Numbered from the stretch's first letter, positions 46,884 to 56,678 are shown. The stretch is 64,000 nt of DNA from Candidatus Hydrogenedentota bacterium (GCA_963674865.2 CAXXYE010000009.1:1568001-1632000), one strand, 5' to 3'. Notes: generated by a model from the sequence alone, not told the origin. Made by a program: numbers and translations.

Positions 46884-47810
46884 ATGATTTCACCAGGTTT
46901 GGCGCTAGCATTCGGGCTGGAGGCGGTGTTGTACCTCCTTGCCTGCCTTTGGCTTTGGCAAGTATCGGTGATCGGTTTCCCGATCGGGATGATCATCGTC
47001 CTACTCGTGACGGCGTTGATCCTCTTGCGCGTGATGATGCCCTTGGTTGCATTCGTGTTCGCCTACGTGTGGCGCACGCCGCGGCCGCCCGATGCGAAGG
47101 TGGGGCCACTAGGTGGCCTCCGGCTTGTGCTGGCCGACCTTCTGGCATTTCTGGTGCTTGTCTCGCTGCTCATTCCTTTCTCGCGCCGCTTGGTGACAAT
47201 GCGCCGGGGCAGTGTCTCTATCGGAAGCTATTATCCGGTGCTCTTGGTCCATGGATACGGCATGAACGCAGGCGTTTGGGCCCCCATGGTTAACTACTTG
47301 CGGCGGCGCGGCTTGGGGAACGTCTTCACGCTCAATCTCTATCCCAAGTTCGGAGATATTGACGACTTCGCCCAGCAGTTGGCTGCGCGCGTGAACCGGA
47401 TTTGCGATACCACCCGCGCGGGGAAGGTGATCCTGATAGGCCACAGCATGGGGGGGCTCGTGGCCCGGGCGTACGTCGAGCGCTTCGGCGGCGGGGACAG
47501 GGTTGTCAAGGTGATCTATGTCGGCACGCCGCATCATGGTTCGCGTCTGGCGCGGCTTGCGCCGGGGGTCAACGCCCACCAGATGTGTGTGGGAAGCGAG
47601 TGGCTATTGAACCTGAACCGCGACGAGAATCAGCCCTCGCGCATCAAGCACGTGTCGATCTTCAGCGTCCACGACAATGTCGTTGTGCCTCAGAACAGCG
47701 GGGAGTTCGGGAAGGCAAAGAACATCCGCGTTGTCGGCAAGGGACACTTTGCGATGCTGTTCTCCCGGGAGGTGGGCCAACTCGTCTATCGGGAGATCAC
47801 CGCGCTCTAG
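46884..47810 (+). CDS. membrane-anchored alpha/beta hydrolase (lipase/esterase)
   Basis: LLVHGY; GHSMGG nucleophile elbow; GTPHHG; D and H triad candidates; three N-terminal TMs. Confidence 0.9.
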   Translation: MISPGLALAFGLEAVLYLLACLWLWQVSVIGFPIGMIIVLLVTALILLRVMMPLVAFVFAYVWRTPRPPDAKVGPLGGLRLVLADLLAFLVLVSLLIPFSRRLVTMRRGSVSIGSYYPVLLVHGYGMNAGVWAPMVNYLRRRGLGNVFTLNLYPKFGDIDDFAQQLAARVNRICDTTRAGKVILIGHSMGGLVARAYVERFGGGDRVVKVIYVGTPHHGSRLARLAPGVNAHQMCVGSEWLLNLNRDENQPSRIKHVSIFSVHDNVVVPQNSGEFGKAKNIRVVGKGHFAMLFSREVGQLVYREITAL

Positions 47811-47870
47811 GGGGGGGCGGGCGGCCAGAAAGCCACCGAATGACGGGGCCCGAGAGTTCTTGCCGGACTA

Positions 47871-48359
47871 CTAACCTGCCCGGAGCTTCGCAACGACGCG
47901 TTCGGCGACTTCCTCGGGCACGAAGGGCGTGATATCCCCTCCAAACTGCGCCACTTCCTTAACCACGCGACTGCTCAAGAATTGATGTTGAGCACTGGGC
48001 ATGAGACACACCGTGTCCACCTCGGCATTGAGTTCGCGATTCGTCATAGCCATCATCAGTTCGTACTCGAAGTCCGAGGTGGCCCGAAGGCCGCGCACCA
48101 AGGCGACGGCCTTGCAGGAGCGCGCGAAATCAACGCTCAACCGCTCGAAGCTCCGGACCTCGACGGTGGGCATGCCCTCCGAGATGGCTTCGAGCATGGC
48201 AATCCGCTCGGGGACGGAGAACGTGCATTGCTTGGCGTTGTTTCGGGCAACGCCTACAATGAGCCGGTCGAAAATCTTTGTGGCCCGCTGGATCAAGTCA
48301 AGATGCCCGTAGGTGGGCGGGTCGAAACTCCCCGGATACAAAGCGATCCGCTCAGCCAT
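47871..48359 (-). CDS. coaD: phosphopantetheine adenylyltransferase
   Basis: YPGSFDPPTYGH; RGLRATSDFEYE; LSSRVVKEVA. Confidence 0.97.
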   Translation of the reverse strand: MAERIALYPGSFDPPTYGHLDLIQRATKIFDRLIVGVARNNAKQCTFSVPERIAMLEAISEGMPTVEVRSFERLSVDFARSCKAVALVRGLRATSDFEYELMMAMTNRELNAEVDTVCLMPSAQHQFLSSRVVKEVAQFGGDITPFVPEEVAERVVAKLRAG

Positions 48360-49542
48360 CGCTCCATTCTCCCTTAAGTGCCGCGGCGAGCGCGGCTTCG
48401 TAAACGGCGCGCACGGTTACGCCCGCCTCTTGTGCGCGCGTCCGGCAGTCCTCGAATTCCGGCGCTGCACTGCTCGGCCGGCCGTCAAACGCGGCAATCT
48501 TGACGCGTACTTCGCCCCAGGCGGTTGCGACGGATTTCCATTCGCGGGGAAGGCATACGCGGTGCTCCGTCCGAATGCGTACACCAAGGGTGGTCGAGCC
48601 GTGAAACAGCGCGGCCGCCGCCTCGGCGGTTCGCTCGTTGTCGCATAGCACCGTCACCACGTGGGCCGGCCGCCCTTTCTTCCCTATGACGGGAGCGATG
48701 AAGGCGTCGCGCGCACCCGCTTCGAGGGCATCGGCGAGCAGGGGGGGATACAGCTCCGGATTCATGTCGTCGATATTCGCCTCGATTATCGTGATCGGCT
48801 CGAGGCCCGGGAGTAGTCCGTCAGCCTCGCCGATGAAAACGCGAAGCACGTTGGCCCGATCGGGCAAATCGCGTGAGCCGCTCCCATAGCCGACGGTGGC
48901 CGTTCGCAGTAGGGGCATCGGGCCGTAAGTCTCGGCCCACTGCCCCACCAGGGCCGCGCCTGTGGGCGTCACAAGTTCACCGGCGTCTTCGGTTCCGTAG
49001 GAAGGAATCCCTTCGAGCAAGAGGGCTGTGGCCGGAGCGGGAACCGGCATCACGCCGTGGGCGGCCTCGACGAACCCGCCGCCGACGTTCAGCGGAGAGG
49101 CCGTAACGCGCTCTATGTTCAGCAGTTCCAGTGCGAGATTGGCCCCCACAACATCGACGATGGAGTCCACGGCCCCGACTTCGTGGAAGTGGACCTTTTC
49201 GACGGTGCTGCCGTGGACCTTGGCCTCGGCCACGGCGATGCGGCGGAATGTCTCCGTGGCGGCCGCCTTTACCGTATCAGGCAGATCGCCCTGCTCGATA
49301 ATCGCGACAACGTCGGCGAGGTGGCGGTGCGGTTGTTTGACGTCCGGGCTGAGCAGGACCTTGAATTGCGCGGCCTCGATGCCCTTCTTCTTCACGCGTT
49401 CGACCGCGATTTCGTAGCCTGCCACGCCAAGTGAGTCCAGCCCAGCCTGAAGCCGGGCGAAATCGGCCCCGGCGTCGAGCAAAGCGCCGACAAGCATATC
49501 GCCGCTCGCCCCGGAGAAACAATCGATGTAAAGGATTCGCAT
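48352..49542 (-). CDS. larC: nickel-pincer cofactor biosynthesis nickel insertase LarC
   Basis: DCFSGASGDM; VHFHEVGAVDSIVD; HGVMPVPAPAT; ELVTPTGAA; EANIDD; PEFED. Confidence 0.95.
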   Translation of the reverse strand: MRILYIDCFSGASGDMLVGALLDAGADFARLQAGLDSLGVAGYEIAVERVKKKGIEAAQFKVLLSPDVKQPHRHLADVVAIIEQGDLPDTVKAAATETFRRIAVAEAKVHGSTVEKVHFHEVGAVDSIVDVVGANLALELLNIERVTASPLNVGGGFVEAAHGVMPVPAPATALLLEGIPSYGTEDAGELVTPTGAALVGQWAETYGPMPLLRTATVGYGSGSRDLPDRANVLRVFIGEADGLLPGLEPITIIEANIDDMNPELYPPLLADALEAGARDAFIAPVIGKKGRPAHVVTVLCDNERTAEAAAALFHGSTTLGVRIRTEHRVCLPREWKSVATAWGEVRVKIAAFDGRPSSAAPEFEDCRTRAQEAGVTVRAVYEAALAAALKGEWSDG

Positions 49543-49544
49543 GT

Positions 49545-50306
49545 CTACTTCTTTCCGTTCGCAATTCGGTTGATCATGCCTGCCAAGACGCCCGCGCCGA
49601 ATCCGTTATCGATATTGACGACGCAGACGCCGGTAGCGCAAGAGTTGAGCATTCCCAAAAGGGCGGTGACGCCCCCAAAACTCGCGCCGTATCCGATGCT
49701 TGTCGGTACGGCGATAACCGGCTTGTCCACGAGGCCGCCGACGGCGCTGGGAAGCGCGCCTTCCATGCCCGCGCATACGACAACGGCATTGGCGCCTTGC
49801 AGTGTTGAACGGCGGTCCAGGAGCCGGTGGATGCCTGCCACGCCGACGTCGTAAACGCGTTCGACGGCCGTGCCCATGGATTCACAAGCTACAACGGCTT
49901 CCTCCGCCACGGGAATATCCGACGTGCCCGCGGATACTACGGCTACGTAACCGTCAAGTTGTTGGAGCGGCTCCACGGTAATGGTGAGGGCGCGCGCCTC
50001 GGCATGGTGTACGGAATCGGGATGCGCCCCGAGAACGGCCTCGACGACCTCGGCGGAGCAGCGGGTGACGAGCACGTTGCTTCCGTGTTCGCGCATCCGT
50101 GTAACCACCGCTACAACCTGTTCCGGTGTCTTCCCTTGGGCGAAGATCGTCTCCGGATATCCCTTGCGAAGCTGGCGGTGGTGGTCGACCTTGGCGAAGC
50201 CGAGGTCTTCGAATGGAAGGGCACGGAGCCGCTCCGTAGCGTCTTCGGGTGTTAGCGCCCCCGAAGCTACCGACTCGAGCAGCGCTTTCAGTTTCGCTTC
50301 GTCCAC
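49545..50306 (-). CDS. larB: nickel-pincer cofactor biosynthesis carboxylase/hydrolase LarB
   Basis: AKVDHHR; AGTSD; DVGVAGIHRL; AGMEGAL; PTSIGYG; VNIDNGFGA. Confidence 0.96.
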   Translation of the reverse strand: MDEAKLKALLESVASGALTPEDATERLRALPFEDLGFAKVDHHRQLRKGYPETIFAQGKTPEQVVAVVTRMREHGSNVLVTRCSAEVVEAVLGAHPDSVHHAEARALTITVEPLQQLDGYVAVVSAGTSDIPVAEEAVVACESMGTAVERVYDVGVAGIHRLLDRRSTLQGANAVVVCAGMEGALPSAVGGLVDKPVIAVPTSIGYGASFGGVTALLGMLNSCATGVCVVNIDNGFGAGVLAGMINRIANGKK

Positions 50307-50401
50307 GGTTTAGCCCTCGATGTTGGCGTGTGGAAGCATGTATCTTACGCGAAAAGAAACGGGATTGAAAGTGCGCGAGTCGGCCGCAACGGGGGGCTTT
50401 T

Positions 50402-50561
50402 CCGCAATCGCCGGGTAGTCCGACGGTGCCGCGCACTCGGCACTTCTGCTTGACTTCATCGCTTGAAGCCTGCTCACCCATCAGGCGAGGCCATTCATTC
50501 TGCCAAGTCCTTTGCGCCTAATGACTTGACGCGCGGCACAATTGGCAACGCGGCCACCGGG
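50402..50561. mobile_element. 160-bp MITE-like repeat, copy C (diverged interior)
   Basis: CCGCAATCGCCGG...GTGCCGCGCAC...GACTTGACGCGCGGCACAATTGGCAACGCGGCCACCGGG. Confidence 0.75.
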
Positions 50562-50583
50562 CCTTTCGTCGCATAGGACGCGC

Positions 50584-53500
50584 TCACTCGCCGGATTTAG
50601 GAGACTCGACGACGGCAGGTTTCTTGAGAAGCAGGCCTGCCGGGCCGGCAAGGACATACGTGCGACACTCGTTTTCGACGGCGGTGTAACCTCGCGAATC
50701 TGGATTGTACGACTGCAGAGGAAGGGGCTGCCATGAGGGGCGCGGCCCATAGCCATAGAATCTCAGTTCGGGGAGGTGTTCGGGCGCGCACACGCCTGCT
50801 TCTGGTCGCATCGACCAGGCGACTTCGACTGCGGCATCGTCAGGGAAACGCTCGATAGTCATGACGGGCGTGAACGCCGCCAGCCCACTCGGGAGCGCGG
50901 TAGGCGGCGCCGCCGCCGTGGTGAGGCGAGCGCCGAAACGCGTTGCCCCTGTTAATCGAACGAATCCCTGCAGCCCCGGCAGAGGAAACTCAAGCTCCGT
51001 GCCCCAAGTCAGGCCGGGGGGCGGCTCCTGCGGCATCTTACGGGATTCGGTGATGGGGCGCTTGCGCGGGTCCTCGGTGGTGTAGGTCATCCGGGAGCGG
51101 CGTTTGGCGGTACCGGACGCTTCAGCGCGTTCGCGCTCTTCCTTAAAGGCGTCAAACGCCTCGGTCGTAATGACGAGAGGCTCGTTCCTAATTGCCTTGG
51201 GCGTCTCCTCTGGCGGAGCCGCTGCCGGGGGAGCTCCTTGCCGGTAGGCGCGTAGGGCCTCACTGGTGAATACAGGCGGCCGGCCGGTTGCCTGCGGGGG
51301 GAAAGCGGACTCCGGCCGCGAAGCCTCTGAAGAAGGACCTTGTTCCGATGTGGGCGGCGGCGGAGATGTCTTGTAAGGAGTTTGGGCCGCTTGGGGCGTC
51401 TCGGGCCTTGGGGCCGCATCATGGGGGGGCTGCGGCTTGTCGGGGCCGTCCGGCAATGGCTGCTCGGGCGAGACGGTCTCTTGCGGCAATGCTTTGGCTT
51501 CGAGCCGGGCCATCGGCGCCGGTTCCTTGGCCGCCACCCGGCATGCCGCCGGGCCGAGGACGACATAGCCCCGTGAGCGTTGGTCGCGGGCAAAGAGGGT
51601 GTTCGTTGTTGGGTCGAAGCGCTGGTGCGCCAAGCGCATCCAGTGGCCGGGTGAACGCTGGGCACATACGAAAAGCTGGGGCAAGTTGCCGGGGGCGCAA
51701 CGTGTTGGGGGCACGCGGAACTCCATGTGAAGTTCGAAAGGTACGTTGCTTGGCGCCCATTCGGGCGTCACGTATGCACTGAAGGCCGCCATATCCTCGG
51801 GCAGGGCCGACGGTACTTCCCTCCGTGTATTCAGGCGGGCTTCCACTGGTGCGCCGGAGCGTAGCGTGAAACGAACGTTGCCTCCATCGGCGCGCAAGTG
51901 CGCGGCCCTTCCGAAGGCGCTTTGTGTGTTCTGCGCAATGTCCCCAAATTCGAATCGCGGTACCTTAAACCGGCGCCCAGTCAACAAGGGGAGCTGATCC
52001 GCGTAGTGGGGCGATTCGGGATCTTCAGAGGCGCCGAAAGGCGCCATGCTGACGGCTTCGGGCGTGTCCCCAAGCGTGACTACCATGGCGAAAGCGTAGC
52101 CGTATCTCACCGACCACTTGCCATCCTCGAATTCAGGTCCCTCGGCCACGAAGAGCGGTTCGCCCGCCCCCGTTCCCGCAAGAGGCTCACTGTGTTCGCC
52201 ACGCTCTATGACGTGCAGTTCGCGCCAGGGCACGGAAAGCGAGCCCCGCTCGTTACGTAGCCGCATGGCAGCCTCCGCGACCGCGTCGACGGCGTGCGCC
52301 TGGATCTCGGGCGAGGGATCTTCCAACGCCCAGTACAATGCGTCGTCTGATAACTGCATGGCCTCGTTGTACCGGTTCATGACTTCCCACCATGTCCGGA
52401 AGAATGTCATGCCCACACTTTGCGTATCCGCCACGCAGTTCCAGTCCTGCAGAATCTTAACGCCCACTTCGAGGTCCGGGTGAACGCTGCCCGGATATCC
52501 CGGCACCCCTTTCACCCACGTGGTCAAGCGGGGCGCCGTTTCCACGGCCCCGGGCACAAGCACGTCATAGAGCATGGACTGGGCGTCCCGGAAGGTCGAG
52601 ACGCCCATGGCGAGCAACTGCCGCGCGCGTCGGGCGCGGTAGGTGTCGCGGTCGCGCGCAAGCCACGATGGCCAGTCCTCCGGGCGCAGGCGGGGGTCTT
52701 CCGTGGCCGTCCAAGGAGGATTGCCACAGGCTTGGATGTATCCTGAGGCCGGATTGACGAGGGCAGGCAGATCGGACACGGGCAGAACGCCTGCCCAGCG
52801 GAAACGGCGGTCTGCGGCGGGCAGCGGCAAGGTCCAGTCGGTTATCTCGAGTCGCTGGCTGCGGCCCTCTTCCGCCGGCAACGCGATTTCGCCTTCCGGT
52901 GTGGGGCGGATGCCGGTCTTGGCATTGTAGAAATACGCAATGTTACCGTCCTTGTCCGCATAGACCACGTGGAAGCACGGCACCTGATGCATTTCCAGCG
53001 CGGCCCGGAAGGAATCCAGATCCTGGGCGAGGCCCATTTGGCAGAACTGGCTCAAGGCGCCCGCATCGCCATAGCCGCCGGCACGGAGGGTGCAGAAATC
53101 CCCGCCGCGTCTCGCTACGACGGGGCCGAGCGACGTAGGCCAGAAAAGGGTCTCGCGCTGTTCCAGGCCGGACTCGGTGCGGACGTAATATCGCTTTAGG
53201 TGAGAGGCTATCTCGAGTCGGTTGGCGAGTTCCGGAGGAACGGCGTCGCCGTTTACGGCTTCGCCGCGGGATACCTGGCCCCGGCCGTGGGTGTAGACGT
53301 CCGCCGTATCGGACCTGTTTGGCGTCAGCGCCCACCCGAGGCGCTCGTTGTGGCCTTGCAGTATCACGGGCAATCCGAAGAGCGTGGCGCCTGCCACGTT
53401 CAGCCCTGGAGCGGCCAGGTGCGCCTCATACCACTGGAAGGGCCCCCGGTAGTCTGTATGGGGGTTGATAACGAGAATGGGCTTGCCGCTCGCCGATTGG

Positions 53501-54066
53501 CGCGGGCCGATAGCCCAGGCGTTGCCTGTTGTGGCCGCGGGGGGGAGATGGTAGCTCGCCGAAAGGTCAAACGGCGCAAAAGACATGAGGTAGCAGTGCA
53601 GCAAGGCCAGGGGGTCCTCGGGGCGCACGCCCTCGGCCCAGGGAGGCACCCGGCTCGGATACCGGGCCAGCCACGCGTTGACACCTTCCGCGAAGCCCTC
53701 GCACAGATCTCGCGTCCAAGGGTCCGCTGCGCTTAAAGCCTTCTGGGCCAATACCATATGGCCCATGCCGATGGAAAACTCGTCCGAGCGCGCGTAGTCT
53801 TCCCCGAAGACTTCCGCCGCCCGCCCTTCGGCCACACGATACGCTTTGAGCATGAGTTCGAGGTGATCCTCGGCCTGAGCGAAGCCGAAGGCAAAGGCCA
53901 TTGCGCGGAGGTTGTCGGCGTAGACGTGAGGCACGCCCCACTCGTCTCTATAAAGGGTGGCTTCTTCCCAGGGGCTTGGCGGCTCTGGCGTCTCGACAGG
54001 TTCGCCCTGGGCGCCGAATGCGCTTACCAGCAAGGCGAAAACGAGCAACGTGGTGCATTTACCCAT
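50584..54066 (-). CDS. penicillin acylase (Ntn hydrolase, S45)-family protein with a duplicated C-terminal domain
   Basis: RDEWGVPHVYA; GFAQAED; NAWAIG..SASGKPIL..NPH; WYEAHL; signal peptide at MGKCTT. Confidence 0.85.
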   Translation of the reverse strand: MGKCTTLLVFALLVSAFGAQGEPVETPEPPSPWEEATLYRDEWGVPHVYADNLRAMAFAFGFAQAEDHLELMLKAYRVAEGRAAEVFGEDYARSDEFSIGMGHMVLAQKALSAADPWTRDLCEGFAEGVNAWLARYPSRVPPWAEGVRPEDPLALLHCYLMSFAPFDLSASYHLPPAATTGNAWAIGPRQSASGKPILVINPHTDYRGPFQWYEAHLAAPGLNVAGATLFGLPVILQGHNERLGWALTPNRSDTADVYTHGRGQVSRGEAVNGDAVPPELANRLEIASHLKRYYVRTESGLEQRETLFWPTSLGPVVARRGGDFCTLRAGGYGDAGALSQFCQMGLAQDLDSFRAALEMHQVPCFHVVYADKDGNIAYFYNAKTGIRPTPEGEIALPAEEGRSQRLEITDWTLPLPAADRRFRWAGVLPVSDLPALVNPASGYIQACGNPPWTATEDPRLRPEDWPSWLARDRDTYRARRARQLLAMGVSTFRDAQSMLYDVLVPGAVETAPRLTTWVKGVPGYPGSVHPDLEVGVKILQDWNCVADTQSVGMTFFRTWWEVMNRYNEAMQLSDDALYWALEDPSPEIQAHAVDAVAEAAMRLRNERGSLSVPWRELHVIERGEHSEPLAGTGAGEPLFVAEGPEFEDGKWSVRYGYAFAMVVTLGDTPEAVSMAPFGASEDPESPHYADQLPLLTGRRFKVPRFEFGDIAQNTQSAFGRAAHLRADGGNVRFTLRSGAPVEARLNTRREVPSALPEDMAAFSAYVTPEWAPSNVPFELHMEFRVPPTRCAPGNLPQLFVCAQRSPGHWMRLAHQRFDPTTNTLFARDQRSRGYVVLGPAACRVAAKEPAPMARLEAKALPQETVSPEQPLPDGPDKPQPPHDAAPRPETPQAAQTPYKTSPPPPTSEQGPSSEASRPESAFPPQATGRPPVFTSEALRAYRQGAPPAAAPPEETPKAIRNEPLVITTEAFDAFKEERERAEASGTAKRRSRMTYTTEDPRKRPITESRKMPQEPPPGLTWGTELEFPLPGLQGFVRLTGATRFGARLTTAAAPPTALPSGLAAFTPVMTIERFPDDAAVEVAWSMRPEAGVCAPEHLPELRFYGYGPRPSWQPLPLQSYNPDSRGYTAVENECRTYVLAGPAGLLLKKPAVVESPKSGE

Positions 54067-54313
54067 ATCTCGTGCTGTTCCATGTCCCGGCTGGGCCGTT
54101 GGTTGAATCCCGAGAGGGACTCTCTCGCGCCTTACACCCGGGCGCGAAGTCCTCGGGAGCATTGTACGCCAGAGGCGCCGCTGTTGGAAACCCTCCTTCT
54201 CCGGGGCACTAGTGTTCTGACTCACAATTGACGTTGCTTATCTGCAGATGAAAAAGCGCCAAGAATGAGCGAAAAACCGGGACTGACACAAGCGAAGCGA
54301 AGACGTGTCTGTC

Positions 54314-54462
54314 GAGCTGTTGAAAAAGTCGCATTCGCCCCAGAGGTCGAGCGAAACACCGGGACTGTCCCAAGCGGAGTCCGCCGGAGGCGGACGCAGA
54401 CGGGACTGTCCCAGGTCCTTTCGCGGCCTGCATCCGGCAACTCTGGACTTTTTCAACGGCTC
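54314..54462. mobile_element. 149-bp MITE with 17-bp terminal inverted repeats
   Basis: GAGCTGTTGAAAAAGTC ... GACTTTTTCAACGGCTC (16/17 complementary); two internal CGGGACTGTCCC copies. Confidence 0.75.
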
Positions 54463-54710
54463 CTCTGGCCCTGCTTTTCGCGGCAAGAATAAGACGCCAT
54501 CAGCGTGAGTCACACCACTAGAAGCGCCATGGACCCGGCATGGGATCGGAAGCACCGGCCGTGGTGCTGCGGAGGGGCGAGATTGGGGCATTTGTCCGGG
54601 CGGCAGGATATTAATCCCTTGTCTGATATGTGTATTCTATTAAATCTGCACGAGCCAATATCAGGGCAACAGAACCGGTTTGTCACTCATGAAGAAGTGC
54701 AAAAAAGCGC

Positions 54711-54739
54711 TTGACAAACCCAGCTTTCTGGGATACCAT
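54711..54739 (+). promoter_or_regulatory. sigma70 promoter for DUF1559-type gene copy 1
   Basis: TTGACA-17-TACCAT. Confidence 0.75.
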
Positions 54740-54881
54740 CTTTGTGTGAGGCCAGAGGATTACCCTTATGGGTTCCCAATGGTCCAGACACCCCGGTTTA
54801 TGCGGTTGCGATTGGTGAGCGTAGACCGGTTAGCAGCAGATGATTGAGCGTAGTACATCTTTCCAGATCTTAGGCTCGGTT

Positions 54882-55069
54882 TTTTGGCTGCGGAAGCTGC
54901 GGAGTGACTCAACTGAGGCAACCTACTCGCCCCTAGGGCGAAGGAGTCGTGTGCCGCCAAACGACGGGGCGTGCGGCTCGAGAGACAAGGAGGGAGCCTG
55001 GCGTAAGAGAGAAGACTAGCCGAAGTGTGAAGTTGAGTTCTTATTGCATCTTATTGAAAGGACAAAGCA
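54882..55069 (+). ncRNA. candidate cis-regulatory leader RNA, copy 1
   Basis: Block conservation with 56486..56678; hairpins kept despite loop and stem changes. Confidence 0.45.
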
Positions 55070-56137
55070 ATGAAAAAGGGTTTCACCTTGATCGAGCTGC
55101 TGGTCGTGATTGCCATTATCGGCATCCTGGCGGCGATTCTGCTGCCGGCGTTGGCCAAGGCTCGTGAGCAAGCACGGCGTGCTTCGTGCCAGAACAACCT
55201 CAAGGAATGGGGTCTGGTCTTCAAGATGTACGCGAACGAGAGCCCGGGGCGGTATTATCCGACGGCAGCCGTCGCCGGTAAAGTCGCGCAATGCGGCAGC
55301 TACAACAGCGACCTCGAAGAGGCCGGTGGCGCGGATGACCTGTGGGCCAATCCGAGCGGCCCGCACTGCTATCCTGAGTATATCGACGACTGGAACGTCT
55401 ATTTCTGCCCGTCCGACGCGGATACGCCGGCTGAGCAGTATCTGGTCTGCCCGGGTGGCGAGTGGTGCGCCAGCGATGCTTTCTGCATCGGGCCGACGAA
55501 TCCGGAGTCGCTGAATCCCTGGTATTTCCAGGACAAGAGCTACATCTACTGCGGTTACATGTGCCGTGACGACCAAGAGTGGATGACCATGGTCCATGCC
55601 GCCGACGTGATGACCAATCAGGACGCGAGCAAAGACAGCTGGGCGGCTGCCCACACCAAGTTGTGCGCTGCGTCCATCGGCGCCGACCGTGGCGGTGGCG
55701 ATGAGGCCCGGACGCGCGCCTGGGTCGAGAGCCGCTGCAAGGCGTATGTCCGCGCTCTGAAGTACGAACTGGTCGATCCCCTTCCCTGGAACTCGATGCT
55801 CTACACGCGTCAGTTCTATGGCAAGATCTACCGTCTTCGTGAAGGCATCCAGCAGTACCTGATCACCGACGTGAACGACATCGCGGCGGCTCAGTCTGCT
55901 GAGAGCCAGATTGCGGTGATGTGGGACGAGGCCATGGCGATGCAGACCAACGGCGATGTGAAATTCCACCATCTGCCGGGCGGCTGCAACGTGCTTTACA
56001 TGGACGGCCACGTCAGCTTCCTTAAGTACCCGCAAGGCTCGACGTACGGCGAGATCGACTCGAACACTGGCTACCAGAGAGCCAGCAAGCAGATCCCCGT
56101 CACCCCGTTCATGGTTACGGTAGGCTGCAACTGGTAA
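55070..56137 (+). CDS. DUF1559-type prepilin N-terminal cleavage/methylation and H-X9-DG domain protein (copy 1)
   Basis: [54 protein letters not shown]. Confidence 0.93.
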   Translation: MKKGFTLIELLVVIAIIGILAAILLPALAKAREQARRASCQNNLKEWGLVFKMYANESPGRYYPTAAVAGKVAQCGSYNSDLEEAGGADDLWANPSGPHCYPEYIDDWNVYFCPSDADTPAEQYLVCPGGEWCASDAFCIGPTNPESLNPWYFQDKSYIYCGYMCRDDQEWMTMVHAADVMTNQDASKDSWAAAHTKLCAASIGADRGGGDEARTRAWVESRCKAYVRALKYELVDPLPWNSMLYTRQFYGKIYRLREGIQQYLITDVNDIAAAQSAESQIAVMWDEAMAMQTNGDVKFHHLPGGCNVLYMDGHVSFLKYPQGSTYGEIDSNTGYQRASKQIPVTPFMVTVGCNW

Positions 56138-56172
56138 GCTAGGCCAAAAGGTTTAGCTAGCTCGATAAACGG

Positions 56173-56209
56173 CCGCTGCCCGGACTTCCGTCCGGGCAGC
56201 GGTTTTTTT
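56173..56209 (+). terminator. Rho-independent terminator
   Basis: 13-bp stem CCGCTGCCCGGAC / GTCCGGGCAGCGG followed by T7. Confidence 0.92.
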
Positions 56210-56392
56210 GTCTTGGTGTTGCGAGAAAGGACTTAAAACCTACCTATATATGTGTACACTAACCACTTAGCTTATAGTGTACCATCTAGGTGATACCACC
56301 TTGCTTTATTGCCTGCCCCTAAGTGCTCAATAGTGTCAACAGTTTCTATGTACCGCTGGATAGATATGGTCACGAATTCCAGTGGTACCCCC

Positions 56393-56421
56393 TTGACAAA
56401 TAACCTAATTGCTGCTACGTT
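56393..56421 (+). promoter_or_regulatory. sigma70 promoter for DUF1559-type gene copy 2
   Basis: TTGACA-17-TACGTT with TG extension, in an AT-rich spacer. Confidence 0.7.
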
Positions 56422-56485
56422 GTATTTGGGAACGGGAAGCAGCTGGCGCGTAATTAGTGCTTCACGGTACATACCCGAAGTTCTC

Positions 56486-56678
56486 TTTTGGCTGCGGTAG
56501 CTGCGGAGTGACCTGACTGAGGCAACCTTACCCGCCCATCTGGGTGAAGGAGGCGTGCACACCTCATTTTATGAGGTCGTAATGCCTCAAGAGGAAAGGA
56601 GGGAGCCTGGCATAGCGCGCATTTGATTACCGAAGTCTGAAGTCTAGTTTTTATTGTATTTTACGAAAGGACAAAGCG
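56486..56678 (+). ncRNA. candidate cis-regulatory leader RNA, copy 2
   Basis: Block conservation with 54882..55069. Confidence 0.45.

Noticed and set aside
54890..54930. SAM-I riboswitch (GCGGAG.GAC ... GGCAACC resemblance)
   Set aside because: Lacks the AUC/GAU P1 core, the GGCCC pseudoknot segment and the GGUGC.AA element
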